Source of the DNA: a virus
Taxonomy: Duplodnaviria > Caudoviricetes
DNA length: 54,863 nt
Virus record (IMG/VR): IMGVR_UViG_3300033273_000548
Location: 1-54,863 of that record
Reading direction: 5' to 3' (one strand)
Every line of letters starts with the position of its first letter. The first letter of the stretch is position 1. This document shows positions 8,860 to 17,038 of the stretch, one piece after another. Made by a program: the position numbers and the translations under genes. The notes beneath the pieces were generated by a model. It was not told the DNA's origin. It ran no database searches and saw only the letters and a program-made list of their open reading frames with translations.

Positions 8860-10839
8860 TTACGTTGACGATAGAGTGGTTAATAATGCCGTCTTAAATA
8901 AACTATTTAACACTACACTTGGATTGGGTGGGGGCATCACTATAGTTCCACCACCTCCACCGCCAGAATTAATTACCATTGGTCTTTGTCCTCCACCCAA
9001 TACAACTGGATCTTGACTGATTGGAATAACCATTACTTGGCTTTGTTGAGTGTTATAGGATGGGTATTGTTCCAATCCTTGTGAGAGAGACTTTCTTGCA
9101 GATGCTACTTGTGTTGGTGATACTTTTGCAGCAACAGGCATAGACTGATATTCCTCAACCTTTACCTTATACTCTTCCATCTCTGCATTGTATTTTTCTA
9201 TAGCTTTTTTAAAAGAAGCTGCACCAGATCTACCAGTAAATTTACTTCTATCTGGTCTTACAGGTTCTGTCGGTGGTGTTATTGTTGCTTTAGGATTTGG
9301 GTCAACAGTAGGTGGTTCCTGTTGTTGTTCATTATATTTCTTCACGTCAGCATTATATTTTTCCATAGCATTTTCGTATTCTTTTGCACCAGATCTTCCA
9401 GTAGCAAAGTTACTTCTTTCTGGTCTTACAGGTTCTGTCGGTGGTGTTATTGTGGAAGGTGTTCTAACTGTCCCTTCAGTCTTTTCAGTCTTTTCAGTAC
9501 TGCCAGGCACACTAGTTTGCCCTGGCGCAGCTTCTGCATCAGCACTTTGAGTTACTGTTACATCACCACCAAATCTAAAATAATTATCAGCTTCACTACT
9601 AGGATCTACAGCTCTTCCATTTTTCCAAAGTTCAAAGTGTAAATGTGTACCTGTAGATCTCCCAGTGTTTCCAACGACTCCAATTACCTGACCGGGAACA
9701 ATATCTTGCCCCTTGGATACTGAAATTGAACCATCAGCTAGATGAAAATATTTTGTCGTTGAACCATCTGGGTGATCTATAACAACAGCATTTCCAGCAC
9801 TACCCAAATATCCAGCATAACCAACTTTTCCCTCTTGAATTACACTAATGGGCTCATGATCTACTCCTGATCCAGCATAATCATTTCCATTATGGTTTCT
9901 TCCCCAACGGGGACCAAATCCACTTGTTTTAGTAACACTACTTGGTGCTTTACCGCCAGATGCACTAACTTTTTGTAGTTTTTCATCTCCATATGGTTTA
10001 CCACCACCTTGTTTGTCTGGATATTGAGCTCCAAGTTCTTGATTTGGTTCTTGTCCAGTTACAGATGCAATAGCATTTGCAGAACCCGCAATACTAGTAT
10101 ATGCATATTTTTCAAACTTAAACACTACATCATCAAATTTATTTGTAATATCTGAGAAAGTATTTTTTTGTACCGCAGCAGATGATTTTTGTTTTGTTTC
10201 ATTCTCTGCTAGTTTTTGTTCTTGTTTTTCTTTTACACCTTCACCGGTAATTGCCTCATGCGCTCTATCTCCCAAGAATCCACCCAGGAAGTTTCCTGCC
10301 ATACTTCCTACCACGAATCCCAGACCAGGGACAGGAATTAGGGCCTGACCAATAGCACCACCTAAGAGAGAACCAGCGAGAGCACCACCAGCACCTGCAG
10401 CAGCTTTTCCTACACTCTCGCCTTCAGCAAGTCCTGTTGCAAAGTCTAATCCAGCAAAAGCAGCATTTGCGATACCAACAGCTTTCAGACCACTCAATCT
10501 TATACCTTTACCCTTTGGTATAGCACCACCTTTTTGGCCCCTCCTACCTCTAAAGAAGTCACCAACAAATGATGCAACATCCATAGCTCCAGAAGCTAAG
10601 GCTGATAATAAACTTCCAGGTCTACCAAAAGTGGACGAAACATTTGTTGTAGTTATTTTGTTTATCTGTTTTTGATCTGGGAGTTTAATTGCTTCTAAAT
10701 TCTTGGTCTCGACGTTCATGAATCTCAAGAAGTCGTCTAGGGAGTTTTTGGTTCTCCCCATTTGAGCTCTTGATCTATTAATTTTTACAATATTATTAAA
10801 AGCCGATACTAAAGGAGATCTTAATGGAGTGTCTGACAT
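8860..10839 (-). CDS. Virion-associated protein with M23 metallopeptidase domain
   Basis: HNGND (HxxxD), GNAVVIDH, YFHL, GNTGRSTGTHLHFE; Gly/Ala-rich tape-measure-like N-terminal part. Confidence 0.85.
   Translation of the reverse strand: MSDTPLRSPLVSAFNNIVKINRSRAQMGRTKNSLDDFLRFMNVETKNLEAIKLPDQKQINKITTTNVSSTFGRPGSLLSALASGAMDVASFVGDFFRGRRGQKGGAIPKGKGIRLSGLKAVGIANAAFAGLDFATGLAEGESVGKAAAGAGGALAGSLLGGAIGQALIPVPGLGFVVGSMAGNFLGGFLGDRAHEAITGEGVKEKQEQKLAENETKQKSSAAVQKNTFSDITNKFDDVVFKFEKYAYTSIAGSANAIASVTGQEPNQELGAQYPDKQGGGKPYGDEKLQKVSASGGKAPSSVTKTSGFGPRWGRNHNGNDYAGSGVDHEPISVIQEGKVGYAGYLGSAGNAVVIDHPDGSTTKYFHLADGSISVSKGQDIVPGQVIGVVGNTGRSTGTHLHFELWKNGRAVDPSSEADNYFRFGGDVTVTQSADAEAAPGQTSVPGSTEKTEKTEGTVRTPSTITPPTEPVRPERSNFATGRSGAKEYENAMEKYNADVKKYNEQQQEPPTVDPNPKATITPPTEPVRPDRSKFTGRSGAASFKKAIEKYNAEMEEYKVKVEEYQSMPVAAKVSPTQVASARKSLSQGLEQYPSYNTQQSQVMVIPISQDPVVLGGGQRPMVINSGGGGGGTIVMPPPNPSVVLNSLFKTALLTTLSST
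9251..9453. repeat. Intragenic duplication (35-nt identical cores at 9251-9285 and 9419-9453; period 168 nt = 56 aa)
   Basis: Encodes TITPPTEPVRP.RS.F..TGRSGA..A.EKYNA twice. Confidence 0.85.
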
Positions 10840-10843
10840 ATTA

Positions 10844-12640
10844 TTAACCGTCTACGATGTTATAAACCATTTTTGAATATAACAAAAGGAAGTTATCACT
10901 ATTGGATGGACTTAAAAGTGGAACCGATGGTCCAGTTTGTTTTCCTCCACCTCCTCCAGAGATAACACCACCACCTCCTCCACCGCCTCCGCCTTGAGGT
11001 TGTGGACTTGATAGATTTAAAGGAGCAACTGTTACCTGTGGAGTTGTTGAAGCTGGTGGTTGAGAAACTGTCTGTGCAATTTGTTGTTGGTCTTCCTTCT
11101 TCATGGTTGCTGGCATAACATTAGGAACCTCTGGTGTGGTTACCTTTGGATCTGATGTTTGTGGTTCTAGACCTTTTTCTTTTTGAAGAACTGTCATAAT
11201 ATTTCCATATGCCTTGTTCATACCATCATTATCATAAGCACCACTACCAGAAGTCTTTTTAACAGAAGCAAACTGAACTGCCAATCGATCATTAAATTGA
11301 GCATCAGTAATTTTTCCAGCTTTCCATTCTTGATATCCAGCAACATTCAAATAATAATCGGACATCCTATCCTGAGTTTCTTTATTAAAAAGTGTCTTGG
11401 AAGTATCAATACCCATTTTTTTAGCAACAGCTCTAACTTCCATCATCTGATATGCTCCCATAGCAGCACTTCTATCACTACCATCTGCACTATTATATCC
11501 AAGTGATTTTTGGTGATTTAAATAATCAGTTTGAAGATCATGAACTTGATCAATAGTCATCTTCGTAATATCTTCTCTACCTCTAGAGAATGTATCACGA
11601 TTTCTGGAATACATTGAACTATAATCATTACCAGATTCAAGTTGTCTAATCGCTGTCTTCAAATCTGGTGCGTCGGTGACGGCGGCGCCTCCACCACCGC
11701 CTCCGCCTCCGCCTCCGTCATCTTCTGTAGAAGTCATTGGAAGAGCTGAGGGAGCTGATGGCGATGAAGTTATGTCATCCTTTTCTGCACCACCTGTAGT
11801 CAAATGTTCTATCGCCTTTGAAAATCTGTCTAGAATTAATCCAAATCTATCTAATAATACTGGAGGAATGATACCCTCAGATGATGGTACAGTTTGAACT
11901 CCACCACCCCTATCCATCATACCACTAACTACAGCTGTACCCAATCCTCCAGCTAAAGCAGCACCACCCAACATCATACCGGGGCGGCGTCTCATCGCTC
12001 TCATTATGCCTGTGGGAGCACTTCTTTTTAATCCTCCACCAGGAACGTTAATATCCAAATTAATTCCTCCTGGTCCACCTGAAGCCTGAGGTAAACCAGA
12101 GAGCTGTTTTACTATCCTCCCGATGGTTTGTCTAACTATTCTTGCGACTCTAAAAGAATCTCTAAAGATTCTTTGGAGTGCTTTTAAATTGTTTCCAAGA
12201 GTTTTTACATTCCGTTGATTGCCCAGGAACTGTATATACCCAATAGCTTCCCTGTATAGATTTAGGAAATTGCCTAGAATAGCATTTGGTTTTGCAGCAT
12301 CAATCTTATCTAATCTAGACCTATAATTTTCTCTTACTTCAGCAAGTCTTTGGGTGACAAGTTGAGTTACATTATTGTTTATTGACGATACTTGATTTTC
12401 TACGTTGTTTAATATATTTGTAGACAACGTACTGATCATACTTCCGAGATCAGGTGGTCTTGCAGCAACTCCAGAAACTGATGCTCGATTAAATTGAACT
12501 ATTTTATTTGCTGCGTTCGAAACGATTCCACGTCCTAAGGGACTTCCACCAGTAATAAAATTGGCAGCACCAGAAGGTGATCCTCCGCCGGACCTTTCTC
12601 TAACAATACTTCCTGGATTAAGGGGGGAACTAACTGCCAC
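10844..12640 (-). CDS. Virion-associated protein with lysozyme-like (lytic transglycosylase/GH104-type) domain
   Basis: IRQLESGNDY..ITKMTIDQV..AAMGAYQMM..FNKETQDRM motifs; poly-Gly linkers. Confidence 0.7.
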   Translation of the reverse strand: MAVSSPLNPGSIVRERSGGGSPSGAANFITGGSPLGRGIVSNAANKIVQFNRASVSGVAARPPDLGSMISTLSTNILNNVENQVSSINNNVTQLVTQRLAEVRENYRSRLDKIDAAKPNAILGNFLNLYREAIGYIQFLGNQRNVKTLGNNLKALQRIFRDSFRVARIVRQTIGRIVKQLSGLPQASGGPGGINLDINVPGGGLKRSAPTGIMRAMRRRPGMMLGGAALAGGLGTAVVSGMMDRGGGVQTVPSSEGIIPPVLLDRFGLILDRFSKAIEHLTTGGAEKDDITSSPSAPSALPMTSTEDDGGGGGGGGGGAAVTDAPDLKTAIRQLESGNDYSSMYSRNRDTFSRGREDITKMTIDQVHDLQTDYLNHQKSLGYNSADGSDRSAAMGAYQMMEVRAVAKKMGIDTSKTLFNKETQDRMSDYYLNVAGYQEWKAGKITDAQFNDRLAVQFASVKKTSGSGAYDNDGMNKAYGNIMTVLQKEKGLEPQTSDPKVTTPEVPNVMPATMKKEDQQQIAQTVSQPPASTTPQVTVAPLNLSSPQPQGGGGGGGGGVISGGGGGKQTGPSVPLLSPSNSDNFLLLYSKMVYNIVDG

Positions 12641-12821
12641 GATTTGATGCCTGTTGTGCCTTTAGGTTTTCTTCTTCAATATGCATTTTCAAGAGGGTGA
12701 GATAAATGTCTCTCTCCCAAGGCATCATGTTTTCAATCTCAGTTAATGAATATTTATGGAACTGCATGAGAGCGAAATTAATGCGGAAATATGACTCAAG
12801 ATCAACGTGAGCCATAATCAA
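12630..12821 (-). CDS. gp51: Baseplate hub assembly catalyst gp51
   Basis: YFRINFALMQFHKYSLTEIENMMPWERDIY. Confidence 0.9.
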   Translation of the reverse strand: MIMAHVDLESYFRINFALMQFHKYSLTEIENMMPWERDIYLTLLKMHIEEENLKAQQASNRGS

Positions 12822-13546
12822 CCGAAAAAACTCGTTAATCCCTCCAAAGTTACAGAATTTTCAACTTTAGTGTTTGGATTGGTGACCTTAAATGTATGAG
12901 ACAGTTTAGGCATTGTCTCAAAGAACTTCTCAATCTTTTTAAATTGGTCAGCATTCATGCTCTCAATGAATTCAATCAAATCTTTTTTAGTGCAATCCGA
13001 CGCAGCCCATGCTTCGTCTTCAGTGAAAATGGTTTCAATACATGAGGAAATAATCTCAAAAGATTTTTCAATTGTGGATAAAGATTCTTGAGTAGTAAAA
13101 TCAAAATTATTTTTGATGAACTGATCCAAAGATGGATATTTCATCTTAATAGCAATTGAGTCATCTAGTTTAATCTCTGTTGTGTGTTCTTCTGATTTTT
13201 CAACTTTTATTTCATCAACGAAAATCTTTACAGGAACTTCAGTGGTTCCATCATCAGAACAAGTGATGACAAGATCAATCGCTTCTCCAACAGATTTTCC
13301 ACGAACATTGAGGAAAATATATTCGATATCAAAAGAAGGTAGATCTTCTACTTTGACTCCTCGTGTCTGAATACAATCTTTCAAAACATTTTTAATAGCA
13401 AGAGTAATTTGTTTTACATCTTGACTTTCTAGAGCTAAGATTAGAACTTTCTCTTCTTTTACAAGAAAGGGACGATATTTAATCTTTTTTCCTGATGAAG
13501 GCAACTCAAGTTCATAAATCGGAGTCGCAATTTTTGGTAATGGCAT
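12818..13546 (-). CDS. gp26: Baseplate hub subunit gp26
   Basis: MPLPKIATPIYELELPSSGKKIKYRPFLVKEEK..FDIEYIFLNVRGKSVGE..LEGLTSFF. Confidence 0.92.
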   Translation of the reverse strand: MPLPKIATPIYELELPSSGKKIKYRPFLVKEEKVLILALESQDVKQITLAIKNVLKDCIQTRGVKVEDLPSFDIEYIFLNVRGKSVGEAIDLVITCSDDGTTEVPVKIFVDEIKVEKSEEHTTEIKLDDSIAIKMKYPSLDQFIKNNFDFTTQESLSTIEKSFEIISSCIETIFTEDEAWAASDCTKKDLIEFIESMNADQFKKIEKFFETMPKLSHTFKVTNPNTKVENSVTLEGLTSFFG

Positions 13547-13579
13547 AACGGTTTCAATTCATATTTTTATTTAGAGCAG

Positions 13580-14554
13580 TTATTGTGGAGGAGTTAAACC
13601 AGTTGGTGGATCTATACTAGCATCAACTCCAAAGACGGGCTGAGTGTACATATTTTGTCCATTATTAAGATTAGCCCAAGAGATTGTTGGAGAAGTTAAT
13701 ACACTTTCTCCATTATCTGTAGTATTTTGGTCTTGATAATTATTTTGTCCTGTACCAAAATGATTTAATATGACGTATCTATCATAATTAAAAGTAACGG
13801 TAGTTCTTGTAATTGTACTACCTTCATATGTTACTGGTAAAGCTGTTAAATTGGTTGGAAATGCATTAATGAATTTATAGGTCAACATATTGGGTGTTCT
13901 TGTGATATCCCTAGTGCGATTATCTACGTGAATATCCCTTTCAAATTTTGTAATTGCAACATCTCTCTTATACGTTTCTGGATATCTAAATCTAAAGAAT
14001 TGGTTGTCATTCATTTGACCAACCCCACCTCTGGGATTTCCTTTTATTAATCTACCTTTTGTATTATACAAAGGATTTATGAAGTTCAACCATTCTTCGA
14101 ATAGACGAATTATACCATACTCAGCATCCACATAGAATGTCATAGTTATTTCTGGAAAGTCCCTTCTCACAGGAAATCTTTCCACAATACCTTGTCTACT
14201 ACCAGTCTCTTCCGCTAAAGTCATTGAAATTCCAGGTAGAGAAGTTTCATTGCACATAAATTCATATCGGAGAGAATTTAGTGCTTGACCACCATTTAGT
14301 ACTTGATTACCTAAAACTCCACAAGTCACCAACCAAGCATTAATATTAATATCAGATTTTTCTGTTGGATAAGTATCTCCTAAAAATAAACTTACTTTGA
14401 ATTGGCTTGTAACTGATAGTTCGCCAAACAGATCCCTAACCGAAGGAACAGCCGAACGAGCATCATTCGTTTCCCGAGGTAGAGTCATCCTCGCATAAAT
14501 TGGATCAATCCTATATGGATTATTGGGATAATCCGGTCTAAACGGTTCGGACAT
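13580..14554 (-). CDS. Tail-tube-fold protein (gp54/gp19-like tail tube initiator)
   Basis: CNETSLPG, MTFYVD, FEEWLNFI, YKFINAFP, TVTFNYDRY motifs; between gp26 and gp4. Confidence 0.7.
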   Translation of the reverse strand: MSEPFRPDYPNNPYRIDPIYARMTLPRETNDARSAVPSVRDLFGELSVTSQFKVSLFLGDTYPTEKSDININAWLVTCGVLGNQVLNGGQALNSLRYEFMCNETSLPGISMTLAEETGSRQGIVERFPVRRDFPEITMTFYVDAEYGIIRLFEEWLNFINPLYNTKGRLIKGNPRGGVGQMNDNQFFRFRYPETYKRDVAITKFERDIHVDNRTRDITRTPNMLTYKFINAFPTNLTALPVTYEGSTITRTTVTFNYDRYVILNHFGTGQNNYQDQNTTDNGESVLTSPTISWANLNNGQNMYTQPVFGVDASIDPPTGLTPPQ

Positions 14555-14555
14555 C

Positions 14556-14563
14556 TATAAATA
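14556..14563 (+). promoter_or_regulatory. T4-type late promoter
   Basis: TATAAATA just upstream of gp4. Confidence 0.75.
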
Positions 14564-14582
14564 TTACTTAAGGATCTATACT

Positions 14583-15026
14583 ATGTATATGAGTTATAAG
14601 GGAAAATATAGACCAGAGAATCCCAGAAAATATAAAGGTGACCCATCCAATATCATTTACCGTTCTCTTTGGGAACGTAAATTTATGAGATATTGTGACT
14701 TAAATGAGAGTGTAAACCAATGGCAATCTGAAGAGTTCTGGATTCCATATCGTTCTCCTCTTGATAATAGAATTCACAGATACTTTCCAGACTTCTTTGT
14801 TAAGTATAAAGACAAATCTGGTAAGACAAGAGTTATGGTCATTGAGATCAAACCTAAAAATCAAGTAGTAATGCCAGAACAGAATCCCAAAAGAAGAACT
14901 AAAGCATGGGCATATAAAGTTCAGACTTGGGTTGTCAATCAAGCAAAGTGGGAAGCAGCAAAAGAATTCTGTGCAGATCGTAACTATGAATTTAAGATTA
15001 TGACAGAAGAGGATCTAGGCATATGA
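14583..15026 (+). CDS. gp4: Head completion nuclease gp4
   Basis: YKGKYRPENPRKYKGDP..YRSLWERKFM..HRYFPDF..EIKP..NQAKWEAA. Confidence 0.93.
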   Translation: MYMSYKGKYRPENPRKYKGDPSNIIYRSLWERKFMRYCDLNESVNQWQSEEFWIPYRSPLDNRIHRYFPDFFVKYKDKSGKTRVMVIEIKPKNQVVMPEQNPKRRTKAWAYKVQTWVVNQAKWEAAKEFCADRNYEFKIMTEEDLGI

Positions 15027-15550
15027 GTTTTGACGGCATATTCCAACCTGGAGAAGGTTTTGGATACGATCTAATTAAAAAGTATAAAGGAAAGAATGTC
15101 AAGAGTGACACTTACACTGGAGAACTCAGACAATATCTTGGTGAACTTGAACAGTTTAGTATTCACGAAATTGATACAGGCGGGATAGAAGTTGGTAGAT
15201 TATACTTCTTCATTTATGGAGCGTCAACTCCTGGACTAAAGTTTCATGATACACAACCATTGGCATATATTACAGAAGTAAATTATAATGAAGGTTATTT
15301 CATAGGAACAAATTTACATTACCTAAATCGTAAAGTAAGAGAGGGAGTTGCAAAAGGCTTAATAAATAGTGGCAGTACCGTAGGTGTACCTCGCAATACT
15401 ATTCATCGTTATAAATTTTCTGGGGTCAGTGGAGGATTTTTAAGAGTTCCAGAAAAAGATTGGCCCTCCGTTGCATTGTTACCAACTGAAAAATTCGTTG
15501 ACGATAGAGGACAACCTTTCCCGAACCATAGAGCCTGGAGCGCACCTTAA
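15023..15550 (+). CDS. gp2: DNA end protector protein gp2-like
   Basis: GRLYFFIY..HDTQPL..GTNLHYL..LPTEKF; directly follows gp4. Confidence 0.7.
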   Translation: MSFDGIFQPGEGFGYDLIKKYKGKNVKSDTYTGELRQYLGELEQFSIHEIDTGGIEVGRLYFFIYGASTPGLKFHDTQPLAYITEVNYNEGYFIGTNLHYLNRKVREGVAKGLINSGSTVGVPRNTIHRYKFSGVSGGFLRVPEKDWPSVALLPTEKFVDDRGQPFPNHRAWSAP

Positions 15551-17035
15551 GTGGCATACACAACCGTTAAAAAATCTCTAACTACTAAAAATGGTGTTAA
15601 TTATGACCTAGAGTATGACACCGAAAATGGAGGCGTTCAAGTACTTCAACAGAACGCTCCCCCAGGTACAGCTCCAATTTATTTGGATGGTTCTTTTGCT
15701 CCTTCAGCTACTACTTTAGGTTATAGTTCTACCGAACAAACACAACTCCATCAAGAAATAATAGGACTGATTCAAAACGCTCATACAGCAGTAGGTGGAG
15801 TTAATTCTGGAGCAAAACTTCCCCAATGGGCTCAACCAGGATCAACGAATAATCAACCAGGACAAACTTCAGTACAACCTACAACGACTGTTGGAAGTAT
15901 ACAGAATATATGGGGTGCTTTAATAGATCCAGTTCAAGCAATTGAGAATGCTGCAAGTAACTTTGATGGTGTTGGTAATGAAGAATCATTATTTGGGACA
16001 AAAAAAGATACATCACTAACATATCCGAATGATCTAATGCACTCGCAACAAGATCATTTCGTTATTGCAATGTACAGTTATAAACCATCGAAAGGTAAAC
16101 AATTATTTGGAGCAACAGGAGAGGCTGCAAAAGACAATGCTAGAAATATTCTGAGATATGGAGTACAGTCAAACGGCAATTTAGAAAACCATATTGGTAC
16201 TGTATTTTTACCAATGCCACAACAGATGCAAGATGGCAACTCTGTTAGTTGGGGAAGAGATGAAATGAGTAATCTTGCTGGTGCAGTCACTGCAAATACG
16301 GCAGGTAATTTTGCACCAACTTTAATGGCAGCCGGTTTAGGTGGAAGTCTCGGTGGAGCACTTGACTTGTTGTTTGGTGGTGGAGGAGGGGCAGGTGCTA
16401 ACGCTGGTGCAAAATTGGGATTACAGGGAAAAAATATACTTGATTTGGTCAGTAAAGGCGGTGTTAGTAATGAACTTGCGAGTCTAATAGGTGCTAGTGC
16501 TACTTCTAAAATTTTAAAAGCAAGTGGATTTGCTGTAAGTCCCGAATCAATTCTTGCAAGAGCTCAAGGAATTGTTCCAAATGGCAATTTAGAATTGTTA
16601 TTTGAAGCTCCCAATCTAAGATCCTTCAATTTCAGTTACAGACTTTCCCCGAGAAGTGCCCCTGAAGCGAGAACAGTTAGAAGAATAATTAGATTTTTCA
16701 AACAAGGTATGGCTCCTAAAAAAGCAAATGCTAGAGCTGGAGAAGGTACTTTCTTCCTAGGAAGTCCAAATGTATTCAAATTGGAGTATAAAAATGGAAC
16801 AAAAGAAATTAATGGTGTAAATAAGTTTAAAACCTGTGCATTAATTGATTTTAAAGTAAATTATACTCCTGACAATAACTGGGCAGCTTATGATGGTGGA
16901 CAACCAGTTTCCACAATTATATCATTGACTTTCACAGAACTTGAACCTATTTTCGATACGGATTATCAAGAAAACAATAGATTCGCAACCAGGGGCGATC
17001 TATTCTCAGTAAACTCAGATTCAGTGGGGTACTAA
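15551..17035 (+). CDS. gp48: Baseplate tail-tube cap gp48
   Basis: LPMP..DGNSVSW, PNGNLELLFEAPNLRSFNFSYRLSPRS..EA..IIRFFKQGMAP, LTFTELEPIF. Confidence 0.88.
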   Translation: MAYTTVKKSLTTKNGVNYDLEYDTENGGVQVLQQNAPPGTAPIYLDGSFAPSATTLGYSSTEQTQLHQEIIGLIQNAHTAVGGVNSGAKLPQWAQPGSTNNQPGQTSVQPTTTVGSIQNIWGALIDPVQAIENAASNFDGVGNEESLFGTKKDTSLTYPNDLMHSQQDHFVIAMYSYKPSKGKQLFGATGEAAKDNARNILRYGVQSNGNLENHIGTVFLPMPQQMQDGNSVSWGRDEMSNLAGAVTANTAGNFAPTLMAAGLGGSLGGALDLLFGGGGGAGANAGAKLGLQGKNILDLVSKGGVSNELASLIGASATSKILKASGFAVSPESILARAQGIVPNGNLELLFEAPNLRSFNFSYRLSPRSAPEARTVRRIIRFFKQGMAPKKANARAGEGTFFLGSPNVFKLEYKNGTKEINGVNKFKTCALIDFKVNYTPDNNWAAYDGGQPVSTIISLTFTELEPIFDTDYQENNRFATRGDLFSVNSDSVGY

Positions 17036-17038
17036 GAA

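Noticed and set aside
10949-11716. CCT/CCA/CCG-rich microsatellite-like tracts
   Set aside because: They encode poly-Gly linkers with mixed codons and are not independent repeat elements.
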